NCBI GenBank assembly: GCA_001949185.1
Contig: BDGG01000005.1
Location: 3,139,972-3,203,971, forward strand
DNA: 64,000 nucleotides
Reading direction: 5' to 3'
Source of the DNA: Ramazzottius varieornatus
Taxonomy: Eukaryota; Animalia; Tardigrada
Part shown: in pieces, positions 1 to 11,479 of the stretch
Position numbering within the stretch: the first letter of the stretch is position 1
Layout of the letters: the number at the start of each line of letters is the position of its first letter
The notes under the pieces: generated by a model
The model's database searches: none
Seen by the model: the letters and a program-made list of their open reading frames with translations, nothing else
Told to the model about the DNA's origin: nothing
Made by a program: the position numbers and the translations under genes

Positions 1-323
1 TTCTAATGGTGCCAAGGTGGCGAACATACACAACACTTTTCGAACAGTTTTGCGAGAGCGTCGCACGTCTTTCCGGCTTCTGGTGGCGCTTCCGGTGACG
101 CTTCCGGTGAATGAATCACAGATCGGTTGATAACGCCCTTCTTGGAATTTGGCTCTTAATCCATCCAGGGTGTACTGTACGTATATTGTATGCAGCAAAT
201 TCGCCGCAGGTCAAAGCGGCGGAATGTGAACACGTCCGTTGTTCTCTTCCGGCATGCAGGTCTGCGCATTTTGACTACCTGGTATAAACATATCCATCGC
301 TCCGCATCGACTTGCGCGCAAAA

Positions 324-2775
324 ATGCTTCCACTTGTAATCAGCGCTTTTGTTGTAGCCTTGGTATTGATATTGTGCTTGCTGCAGCGAAATTTTGTCCC
401 ACTAACTATCGACGGATGGTTTTGCAAAGTTCCTCCCGGTCCTGTTTGTTGGCCATTGATCGGGGCCAGAGGAGTTGACCCCATATACAGCTGGATTACG
501 TTTACGGAGTGGGCCAAACGCTATGGCGGAATATTCGGCCTGTTCCTCGGGTCGGAATACACAGTCGTTTTGTCGGATATCAACCTAATTCGATCGGCTT
601 TGAGCAAACCGAGTTTCGAAGGTCGACCATTAGGTACCATTTCCAGAAGCCTGTTCCGCGGAAAAGGTAAGTCGAGAGCTGGGCAAAATGAGCATGCAGC
701 CTTTATCCTGAGCGACGCATCATTCCAGCCAATAACAGGGCAAACGTGCGCCAATTGAGACAACAACTTTCTACACTGGTTTCTACGGAGCATAAAGTAG
801 CCTTGTCCCTAAAGTTGCTCCGAATAATCGTCTTACCTTCGCCTCACAGGGCTCGGATTCGCTGATGGGAAACTTTACCGGGAACAACGAAAATTCGCAG
901 TGAACACTTTGCATCATTTAGCTGTTAACTCGTGCCAGTCCGACAATCCGGACGACACCACCGGGCTGCACGAGATTTACGCCGCTTTGGTCGACGACTT
1001 TGCCAGCACTAATGGAGAGCCCTTGGATCCCATGCATTTTTTGCAGAAAGCCTCCGTGTTGGTTTCCTGTGATCTGGCTCACAAGGGCGTAGTCAAGCCG
1101 GATGATCCCATCGTGGAGGACATTATCACCCTGTACAAGCCGCTGTTTTCCATCAATGTTAGCACAGGTCTTTTGAACATCCATCCCTGGTTGAAGCATT
1201 TTCCGCCTTATCGGCAAAGTTATCAACTCATGCAAAAGGCAGTCGATCATGGCCGCGGTATCGCCGGAAAGTTGGTCGAACAGGGTAGAACACTCAGGGA
1301 AAAGCGAGCTCAAGTGAACCAAGAGAAGACCTTGTTCGATTACGCTTCAGCATTCGACAGAAAGATGTTGTCTGTTTCGGAGGAAAAATCCTTTACCGGT
1401 AAGGTCGGTCTGCGGTAGTTTGAAGACATGATCCAAACCTACTTGCGTTTGACTCCCTTTTGGTTCAGAAGAGCAGCTTATCGCAGCGGCAGCGGAACTT
1501 GTCATGGGTAAATATATGTGTTTTAATACTCGTGCCAGGAATGGTTTTCGAAGGTCCATGTCATGAACTTGCTTGTGGTTCTCGTGTGAACTTGTTGTGC
1601 TTTACTTCTTAGCTGGAGAAGAGGACATACATGCAATGATGTACTGGCTGGTCTTGTTCATGTGCATGTATCCCGATATTCAAGAACGTGCACAAAACGT
1701 ACTGGATGAACTTGTCGGACCGACTCGGCAGCCATCATTGCGGGACAATGGAAACCTGGACTACATCGAGGCGATCGTCATGGAAAGCTTACGCTTCTCC
1801 AACTTCGTTCCTTTTCCACTTCCAAGGAGAACCACCGAGGATGTGCAGTTTAGTGGCTTCCGAATACCGAAAGGTAGATTGACCCTCTGCTGTTCTAACT
1901 TAATTACTCAGAAGAATGCTTCGTGAATACTTCATGAACTTCGCGAAAAACTTCGTGGCACGCCTGAAGTTGAACCCCGGTCCGGAAGTTATTTCTCATC
2001 AATTCCTAAGAGATGTTTCGCGCATACGATGACGTGATCAGCGAAGTTCATGAAGCATTATAGTATCATATCGTCTGACTTCAGACACGGTGGTCATCAC
2101 AAATGCCTATGCGGTACATTTCGACGAAGAACTGTGGGGTGACCCGAATGTATTCCGACCAGAGCGCTTCGTGGATAACATGGAAAAGTTCAGGGCCAGC
2201 CGTAATGCCATAGCTTTTGGAGCAGGTACAAGTTCTGTTTTTTTTCATGGAGATTTTTGTGGCCGTACGCGGAGCCTTCACAGCGACCAGCACCACGAAA
2301 GTTGAAGTACATGATTACCAGCAACACGGTACCAGCCAATAAAATTCCTGTATACACTGAGAGGACGGTAGTATTCTGCAAACATGAAAACGATCGTGCT
2401 GAAAGTGTTAAAAACGCACTGTATTCGGTAGGTCGGCGAGTCTGTGCCGGGGAGACGTTCGCCAAAGTTCAGATGACTCTGCTACTGTCCACCATCCTAC
2501 ACAACTTCACATTAAATTTTGCGGAAGGAACCAACCCACCAAATATTCGACAAGATATCGTTGCTGGTTTGGGTAAGGCCAAAGCCCATACTATAAATTT
2601 CGCACCTCTTACGAGCACGCAAGAAACAAGGACGCAGAGCAGATGCACGGAATATTTTTTGCAGTCATGGTACCCAAGCCGTACCAGATTTGCGCAACCC
2701 GGCGTGGACGTTCGACAGCAAATCTCTGAAGCAAAATTCAAAGGACTGCACAAGGAACAGCTCAAGATAATGTGA
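324..2775 (+). CDS. Cytochrome P450, clan 2 (CYP2/CYP18-like), 6 exons (~324-666, 850-1398, 1469-1508, 1613-1873, 2085-2225, 2432-2775)
   Basis: N-terminal membrane anchor followed by PPGP hinge; C-helix YREQRKF; K-helix ESLR; FRPERF; heme motif FGAG|RRVCAG joined across a GT-AG intron. Splice phases are consistent. Confidence 0.93.
1926..2059. repeat. Short palindromic (MITE-like) element in CYP intron 4
   Basis: AATACTTCATGAACTTCGC ... GCGAAGTTCATGAAGCATT inverted repeats. Confidence 0.55.
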
Positions 2776-2898
2776 ACAAGATACAGAGAGATTGGGAGAG
2801 AAAATTTACATGGATAGATTTTGACGAACTGTCGAAACAAAATGTACTTTGGAATGAAAAACGGCTCCTCGTGGTTATCCTCATCCTTGACGTTCCTA

Positions 2899-3378
2899 TT
2901 ACCTTCCGGGTGGCACTGGGGGGACAGTCGTAGTCGTAGTGGGGGTGGTTGTGGTTGGTGTAGTGGTGGATAGTGTGGTCGGATAGCTACAGGCGGCGTT
3001 CGGATAGGTATAATACAGTCCGTTACAGAGATAATAGGTTCCTGGAGTCGGAGCTGCGGTGACAGTACCCGTTCCGTATGAGCACGCGGGATTTGGATAG
3101 GTGTAGTACAACCCGTTGCACAGGTAATAGGTTCCGGCACCTGCAGGACTCCGAGTAGTCGTTCCTGTACCGTACGAACAGGTTGGGTTTGGGTACGTAT
3201 AGTAGATTCCGTTGCATAGATAGTAGGTTTGCGCTTGAACCTGCGCAAAGTAAGCCATACCGAACGCTGTGGAAAAAAAGCAACAGACTTAATTCATACG
3301 GAAGGCCATTCAAACGCGTGGAAGAGTTTCAGCTGCCGACTTACTAAGAAGAAGCAGTCCGCTAAATCCACTGACCAT
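2899..3378 (-). CDS. Small secreted protein with three TYYLCNGxYYTYPNxxCSY repeats and a Thr/Pro-rich tail (exons 3378-3345, 3266-2899)
   Basis: Spliced N-terminus MVSGFSGLLLLTFGMAYFAQVQA|QT looks like a signal peptide; canonical phase-1 GTAAGT...CCACAG intron; repeats differ mostly at synonymous sites; upstream TATA box. Confidence 0.85.
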
Positions 3379-3490
3379 CTTGGAATAGAAGTGTTGACGT
3401 CGCGAAAACGGGAAAAAGGTGTCAGAAGTATTGGGAAGTAACAAACAAAGACAGAAGTGAATACTGGATGACTACTCGAACTTCACACGG

Positions 3491-3497
3491 TTTTATA
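3491..3497 (-). promoter_or_regulatory. TATA box of the secreted repeat gene
   Basis: TATAAAA on the minus strand ~115 nt upstream of the ATG. Confidence 0.5.
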
Positions 3498-4114
3498 TGT
3501 AAAACCAGAGAAAATGATCGACACCAAATTATTCTGGGCGTACGCCATAATTTTGGAGTGTTACTCCAGTTCTCGAGATTTTGCGTACGGATCCCTCGAA
3601 CTCATCTTTTTTCTTGGCATTGAAATTTTGGACAACGTTGGACAATGACATGTGAAGTTCAAGTGCAAATGACCGTTGCGTGCATTATGTGACGCGTTCA
3701 CGGCGAAAAGATGCTCAACGAATCTGGCGACTTCAGCAAAAGTTGCGAAAACGTACTCGAAGGTTTTACGCAACTATCTCAAAAAGCGAACCAGCGAGGT
3801 GACAACCATTGGTGTATATTCGACACTTGAAGCTGCTTGTTTCGAAACAATTCCTGAGAAAACCTGGAAACCTTTACAAGTCAGCCTCACCCCATCGAAT
3901 CCCGCGCTGTTTACCCGTCACAGACTACTAAGGAAACAACCTGGTCGAAATTTTTCCGGCGGATAGTGGACGGAATGGGACCAAACATAGATCAGATAAG
4001 ATGCTCGCCAAATGTAGCCGGAACTCGTGATAGTTTCATGGTGTTGGGTTCGCTGACGTAACTAGCTCCACCCACTCCGCAACGACGTCAGCCAAGACGC
4101 CCAGGCAGCCTTTT

Positions 4115-4122
4115 CCACGTCA
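4115..4122 (-). promoter_or_regulatory. Candidate UPRE (TGACGTGG) in the cyclophilin B promoter
   Basis: CCACGTCA on + strand ~110 nt upstream of the ATG, just before TAAATAAA; further ACGT cores at ~4055 and ~4084. Confidence 0.4.
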
Positions 4123-4226
4123 TTCGCGATCTTAAATAAATGTCCAGTCGTTTCCGGACTCCTTCCCTTTGTCGTTCGGGGTGCGATCTCCCTCAGCTTT
4201 CACGCTCCTGTTTGAGACTCGTGGAG

Positions 4227-5327
4227 ATGGCATTTCTGTCTTGCTTGAGCATCGTCTTGCTCGTAGCTGCTTCGGCACTGGCAGCGGATCCGTCGCAAGG
4301 GCCAAAAGTCACTGACAAGGTAGGCTAATCATTCGATCAAACGACTGACGTTGCTGTATGAGAACACGTCAAATTGTTTTCTTTTCGTGTATCTCCACAG
4401 GTTTATTTTGATATCGAGATCGGAGGCGAGAAAGTCGGCAGGATAGTTATCGGACTCTTTGGAAAGACCGTTCCCAAAACAGTGGAAAATTTTAAGGAGC
4501 TGGCCAGACGGCACGAGACAGAACCGAGCAAGGATGGATCCCTCGTTGGCTACAAAGGCAGCAAATTCCATCGCGTTATCAAGAATTTCATGATTCAAGG
4601 TACGCGCTTGACGTTTCTCAATTGGTGTCGACCTTGGTCATCATCCATGCTGCTGCTTTAGGTGGAGACTTTACGAAGGGCGATGGAACCGGCGGAAGAA
4701 GTATCTACGGAGAAAAGTTCGCAGATGAAAACTTCAAGGTGAGGCGTACGATTGATTGTTGATAGCTCGTTCTTGCTCGTGATATGCAGGTGCGTGATGT
4801 TTCGCATGCGCGAGCTTACGTGCGGAACCTCTTTATTGTGATGCACGATGAGACTTCCCTTGCAACAGCTCTCCCTTCCGTAGGCGTACAGCGGAAGTGA
4901 AGTTGATTCTGTACACGGGACGCTGGTGTCTCACTGAACCTCACGTTTTGACTTAGGACTTCCTTCTCTTTGTTCATAGTTGAAGCATTACGGTGCTGGA
5001 TGGTTATCCATGGCCAACGCTGGAAAGGATACCAACGGTAGCCAGTTCTTCTTGACCACTGTGCAGACTTCGTGGCTCGATGGCCGACACGTCGTTTTTG
5101 GCAAAGTCTTGGAAGGCATGGTAAGCCGTGAGATCTCTCTTCTCGAGCTTGTGCCTTTAGCTTTGGCGAGTCTGCACTGAAAAGGTATTTTTCAGGACGT
5201 TGTGAAGAAGATTGAAGAGACCAAGACTGATCGCTCTGACAAACCCGAAAAAGACGTCGTTATTGTTGACTCCGGAGTTATTCCTGTTCCTGAACCTTTC
5301 AGCGTTGGAAAAGATAACGCAGTCTAG
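4227..5327 (+). CDS. PPIB: Peptidyl-prolyl cis-trans isomerase B (ER cyclophilin), 5 exons
   Basis: Signal peptide; [87 protein letters not shown]; C-terminus [13 protein letters not shown]. Confidence 0.96.
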
Positions 5328-5758
5328 AAAAATTGATTTCTTTCCATCTTTGAACGCAACAATTTGCAACAAATCAAAAGTCAACAAACCTTCAGCTTTC
5401 ATCGCCATTTTTTGTGCCTTGCATTTTTTGACTGTCTATTCCTTTTCCTTTCTTTTCGGTGTCTTCAGTTGTACCACCATGATAAACATAAGCCGCTACT
5501 CCTTCCGAAACATCCAGATTTTACGGAACAAACATCGAGAATAAAGATAACATAGTAGATTAAACAAACTGCGACCGCTACAAAATGGTCCACCTTCTCG
5601 AAGCTCGGACAGTATTTAGTACTCCACATTCTACAATAGGAAACATCAGCAGAACACGTAAAAGTCGGTCACGGACTTCACAACCAACAATCAAGTAGAG
5701 CTCGTCAATCAACAGCTGATCCGAGCTGCAAAACAGATAATCAAGCCAACTTGGTCAA

Positions 5759-8271
5759 TCAATCATCCAAATCCTGCAGTCCTTGCCGTTGCGCTCCCTG
5801 GTTTCTTTGGTATCCTCCTCTGGGTCTGTATCCTGCTTCCGCGTTGGCATTGTACCCATCAGAGCCTCCTCTACCTCCATACGATGATCCAAAAGATCCA
5901 CCGCCATCATATCTACCTCGGTTAGCGTTGAAGCCACCACCATACCGTCCACCATAGCTTCCTCCAGCGCCAGCTTGTGCTCGTCGATCAGTCTGTCCTT
6001 CTTCATCGCCTTCCATCATGTCTGACCGACCTCCGGATGAGCTGCCATCTTGACCGAAGGGCCGCCGGTAGGAAGTCTGCCTCCTGTTGTCTTGATTCTG
6101 GTAGTTATCGTCGGCGTAGCGAGGTTGACGGAGTCCACCGTAGCCTCCGCGTTGGAATCCGCTCTGTTGGAAGCCACCCTGCTGCTGTTGGCCTCCCATG
6201 TCGTCGCTGCTGCCTTGCCCGTAGCCAGCTTGGCCAAAACGACTCTGGCCGAAACGCCCTCCCTGTTGGTCGTCACGGCGCTGAGCTTCGATGGGACGCT
6301 CGAGGAACTCTTCAAGCGTGTTAGCGTCGATGGCGCTCATTTCTTCCAGGCTCTTCTTGGTCTTGTCAAACTCAGCCTGGATTTCCTTGTCGCCTTTTTT
6401 TTGTACCGCCGTCTCGATGTCTTGCAGCTGAAACAAGGAAAGAATTTCATCAGACAGGATCACCCGAGCGCCTCCAAGTAAGCTAGATAAGCCAATCAAA
6501 TAGAAATAGAAGACTTCGTTCATAGAGTTAGCTTTAAGAGTCCCTCAATTTTTATTGCACATCGTTCTTTTCCCATCGGAAAAGGTTTGAGACAGACAAA
6601 CAGAAACAGGCATGTAAAACGCTATGATCAATTCAGTTTGATTCATTCAACTCCAAAGGACCATACGAAAGACTTTCTCAGTTTTCTTACCACATCTCGG
6701 AAGAAGCTGGACTGAAGCGCCGAGCGCGGTCTTCCTGAGAAAGCGTTCTCCTGCTCCAAGACACTCTTCAATAGTGGCAGGACGTCTTCGACGCGGTCCA
6801 ACCTGGTCAAGGCCAAAGCTTTTAGGTTTCTGATCGTCACGTACTGGGGATTCTGCGCGACGGACAGAAGCTCCAAAGCTTGTGCAGGATCCTTCTACAA
6901 AACAATATCTGGATCAAATTTGCAACTCTTTCTAAAAGGGAAGCTTGGCAAACAAACTCGACACGATCGTTCTCCCAAGTGGCGCATACTGCACGCCAAA
7001 AGCACTGGAAACGTGCGCCACTTGGGTAGACGATCTCGTCGCGTTTTTCAGAGTAGCGCATGTTCCCATTGATTCCGGCTAGGAGCGTGCGCCACTTGAG
7101 AAACGATCTTGCCGAACGTGTTTTATTAGATCCCAAATATTCCTCTCATATTATTGTTAACGGATGCAAAAGTCCTAAAGTGCGTCAGAAATGTTTACTT
7201 ACAATTTTCAAAGCTAGGTGGGCAGCAAACGCCACAGCTTTGCGGACAACAGGGATATTGCTGTCGGTGCCTGCCTTGATGTACTTCGTCACGCGTTCGA
7301 AGGCTTCCTTCGTTCCCAGCTGATGGCAAGCAGCCGTGGCCAACACCATAGCTTCCCGAGCAACCTTCTCGGCGAAAGCAGGCCGGTTCTTCATGCTCTC
7401 GTACACCCTGCAGACGTCCTCGTAACGTTTGTTGACGTACAGTAGATCCAGCAGAACGTTGTAGGACGACATCTGATCGAACATTCCAATCAACTCCTAT
7501 AATCAACAACAAAAGCGAACGAGATCCTCACTTCCGAAACATAGTAAGAAGACTCGTAAAGGCTTACCGGGTCTTGGATAGCTTTCAGAGCAGCATCGGG
7601 CTTGTTCAGATGATAATACATGCGCATGATCACCGGACCGAAAACAAAGGATCCGAAACGCAGCTGCTCGTTTTGCTTCACAAACCTAAAACAAAATCGA
7701 ATATTAATACTCCACCGTTCTTCGCGAAGAAAACGTTCACTGATCCTGTTGTTCCCTAAAAATATTCCTGAGAAAGAGTTTTACGGGATTATTTACTTTT
7801 TCATCATCCGTTCAATCATACTGAGATCGTTGTCATCGTCGGCTAAGTACAGCATGTTCTTTAAATCCTCCGTGAAGATTAATGACTTGGAATCGGCACT
7901 CAAATACTGCTCCATTCGCTTCTTGAATCTGTCTACAAGACAAATCAGCAAGATAGAGAGAGGTGCAAAATTGATGTTCTGATTGAATACTCCTACCTTT
8001 GACAGTTCCAAGTTGCGTCGCCGTGCGTTCCCGAGTATGCTCATATCCCGACAGCCCGATGGCTTCTTTGGTGTACAGGAGCTTACACGAAGATCCTAAA
8101 GGTTCGACGAGAATTTATAGAGCAGGATAACGAGTTGGCGAGGGGGAGCATAAGCTTACCGGCAAACGTCCTGCTGGCTTGAAGGCCGATGCTTTGAGGG
8201 CCAGTTGACAAGATCTGGGCAACCTGCTTGGACAAGCAGAGGGCTCGGGAGAAGTTCATGTTTCCAGCCAT
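5759..8271 (-). CDS. PTCD2: Pentatricopeptide repeat protein 2 (mitochondrial) with a long low-complexity C-terminal extension, 7 exons
   Basis: Presequence-like N-terminus; LIFTEDLKNMLYLA, LRFGSFVFGPVIMRMYY, GMFDQMSSYNVLLDLLY motifs typical of PTCD2; last exon ~6428-5759. Confidence 0.88.
6965..7108. repeat. Mini hairpin repeat (AAGTGGCGCA...TGCGCCACTT), about 1.5 tandem copies in a PTCD2 intron
   Basis: GATCGTTCTCCCAAGTGGCGCA ... GTGCGCCACTTGGGTAGACGATC; related copies at ~23018-23078 and ~24531-24600 in SLC38A9 introns. Confidence 0.65.
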
Positions 8272-8671
8272 ACTCCAGCTGCTCCTTGTAAGGGATGAAG
8301 AAAGGAGAGGGATGAGTCTGAACGACTGAAGAAACACAATCAAAGCACGATTTTCCTTTCGGAAATGGCTCATCAGCAGCTCCTGGCTGGCGCAATCAGT
8401 CTAACCGTTTATGAGATGGGCATAAGCAAAACCGAGCCTCTGGTTGACGCAGCTGCAACCTGAATTGGTGATGTCGTAGGATGGTTTTTTATAACCTCAA
8501 AATCAGCGTAATCTTGATGCTTTAATTGAATGTTTTCCTTGATTGTCTGTGTCAACCTGATCCGGTCCCGCTGGCTGCCGGCGATCATCTTTCTGAATTG
8601 CTCTTGGTACTAATCTCTGACCATCTCGTTTTTTTCTGGTTATATCTAGAAATGCTGTCCCACAGTGGAAA

Positions 8672-9874
8672 ACCTTCCAGTTCACGATGCAGAAGGTTAG
8701 AGGGCTCAGGGTGCCTTTTACGACGACCGAGTTACTTTCAAGGACTCGATTCGCTTTCCGCAATCTTCACCATCCCAGTCATCTCGGGGCTGGAAACCGG
8801 TACCCATAACCAGCTGCCAGCCTATCTAATCTTCTGATGGAACTATCCGTAATTCCAGATGGGATATCGAAGTGATCATCCGGAAGAACGCATCAAGCCG
8901 AACCTCGCTTCACGGGGAAATTGGCATGTACGCGAATTGCTCAACTCAAGATGGCAGTCCTTTTGGTTTACCGCACGCTAAAGTTCAGATTAGGTAGGTG
9001 TTTTGTTGTAAGTTTTAATGCAGTATCGTACAGTACACAAGCAGATAGTTTCGGGAGTGAATTCTATTTGGTGGTCCTCGTTTCATAGTATTCTGGATTC
9101 CACCACCGACAAAGTCGACTCGCGGTTCCCGTTATTCAAAGATACCATGAAAAGCCAAAATTATATGGAATAACTTCTGTCACGGTGGTTCTGGTTCGAC
9201 ATGCGAGCCCGCTATCAAACATGCCGACGTTTGGGAACCCAATGCCACGAAAGCCTCCAAGAAGGATAGGCTGGTGATTTGTGTTGATGTTGAGATGCTT
9301 GAGCGAAACCGCTTTGAACCTGTTCCCGACTGGCCTCGACAAAGACTGCAAAAGCTTTCCACTTCGGAAGTTGGGGAGGTTTCGTCCTGGTTGCTGCTAA
9401 CCGAGCGTCGCGTTCACATCATGAAAGCGTCTTCGCCAGTGTTCGAACAAATGTTCCAGTCAAAGATGGAGGAATACCGAACTGATGGCTGCGTTATGTT
9501 CGATATCTCAAGCGCTACTCTGGACAAACTGATCACCTTCATGTACAACTGTTCAACGGAGAACATGTCTGAGATTGCTGGGGACATTCTTCCGCCGGCG
9601 GACAAGTACGAAATGCTGGATCAGTAGCAGGCGCAAGGAAGCTTTGAATGATACTGTCAGTTGGGAGAACGCAGCGGATATGTTGGTTCTGGCTGATTTG
9701 TCTTCTTCCGCTGGACTGAAGCAGTCCGTGCTGGATTATGTCCCTTCCAAAGCTCGACAGAGTGATGCGACGGTGCAGGTTAACACCATGATGGACAAAG
9801 CCCTCAAGAGTGGACGTCCCGAACTCATCAAGGAGCTGTGTGGTGCAGTGTTCAAATCCGGTCGAAGATGGTAG
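8672..9874 (+). pseudogene. MATH-BTB (SPOP/TDPOZ-like) pseudogene
   Basis: BTB motifs HIMKASSPVFEQMFQSKMEE, LDKLITFMY, ADKYEM, then in-frame TAG (9625-9627) and a frameshift into ENAADMLVLADLSSSAGLKQSVLDY; fragmented MATH-like sequence upstream. Confidence 0.75.
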
Positions 9875-10881
9875 AAAGATGATGATCGATGCCGGCCAGA
9901 ATGATCGTCTGAACACGGCCGTTTTTTGACGTGCTATTGTTTTCGCGGTTTCGCAGTTAAAATTACTTCGAATGGCTTCGCGGATAGCTTCGTGTGGATA
10001 GAAGTGCAGGTTTGGTTTCATGTTAGGGTTCTTTCAATTACAGTACGTAACTGCAATAGATTACAAAGAAACTTCCCATGCAATAAATTGTCCTGAATAC
10101 CCATGGCCGCTGGCCCGCTGCTGGTTTTACGTACACCGTCCAGCACCTGTGAGTCATTGGTCAAGCTGTGGATGTTGAAGAAATTTAATCAGGGACCTCT
10201 CTTCGGCGCGCTTTTTCCCGTATCAAGAGTGGTTAGGACACCCGAACATATGAACTCAGACACAACAAGACCCACACGGGCGATCCGGTTTGATGTGGCT
10301 GTATCCGGAAGAGCAAACTCAGTGGCTGAAGAGAATATTAAACAAGTCGAAGAGAACAGTAATGCAAGAGGTCGAAGAGAACAGTAATGCAATTTGCGGT
10401 CACTTTTTTTTCACAAAGTGACGAACGTGGCGAACATGCCGCAACTAATCGTACGGGAAACCGGAATACGCAGCGGTGTCACCCATGACGGCCGCGGAAA
10501 TGGATACTCTGGACTGGTCATTTTTTTCCGTCTGCTACTGTTTATTGACGCAGTCAAAAGCAAACCGCTGGTATTCCAGCTTGAATGTCCTCCACATCCA
10601 ATGCGTTTAACTCAATTGCCGATCAAACATGACAGCGCCATGATCAGATTTCTGTACAGCTGCAAGGTTTAAGTTGTGATTAATGGGCAGGGAATAGTCC
10701 ACACGCCAACCAAAAGCCCGACGAACTATACCAACTGTAGATACCATGCGGATTTCTCTATAAGCCACTTTGTTCGCGATTGTACCTTAAAGCAATATCT
10801 CACTAACTGGACTAAGCTATCCTCGCAGTAATCTACTTTCTGCTGGAAGAGTAACTTGGAGACCACGCAGTTCAGTTCGAA

Positions 10882-11479
10882 ATGAATCATCTGTCGTACA
10901 GTCTTGAACCCTTCGAGACATTACGCATTCATTCTTTCTTGTTGCTTTTTGTACTATCTCTTTGTGAGAGCGATCGTTCTGACATATCGCACCGTGGTGT
11001 AATACTCACAACTGAAGAATTCAGACGAAAATTTTTGTGTTGATGTTGCTGTGCGCTAACTGGAACTCAAGAGATGACCAGGTTTCTGATTTTATCTGGG
11101 TTGTGTTTCCTTTTACCTTTTTCGCAAGCAGGTGACCTTATCGCCCCCAACCGATGCCGTCCAGACGACACCTCCGCCTACGGCGGCACCTCAGTCTTCA
11201 GACGCATGGTTCCCTTTGCCTAACGTTAACCGGACGATCCCACCGAATATATCTCCAACTGCCAATAATGTCAGCCAGAGCCAGAACGTTGTTTCCAACA
11301 CCAGCCAAAGTGTCGTGATGAATCTGGGCGGCGGAGGACCTACGGCGTTAGCACCTGTAAAAAAACCAAACATTGGGACAGCGCCGGACCCGAAGCTTAC
11401 AGATGGTTCATCGCTTCTGGGCACCTCCCCTTTGCCGTTGTGTGTCCCCGTCTTCGTAGCCGCTTTATTATCCAGATGA
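10882..11479 (+). CDS. Putative small secreted/GPI-anchored Pro/Thr/Asn-rich (mucin-like) protein, 2 exons
   Basis: Exon 11129-11479 follows a polypyrimidine acceptor and ends in GPI-signal-like DGSSLLGTSPLPLCVPVFVAALLSR; candidate first exon from ATG 10882 has hydrophobic SFLLLFVLSLC. First-exon donor is uncertain. Confidence 0.45.

Noticed and set aside
2469-3313. Long alternative-frame ORFs over the secreted repeat gene
   Set aside because: Shadow frames of the repetitive real CDS; no protein features
5977-6481. Plus-strand hydrophobic ORFs (e.g. 6050-6481)
   Set aside because: Antisense shadows of the low-complexity PTCD2 last exon
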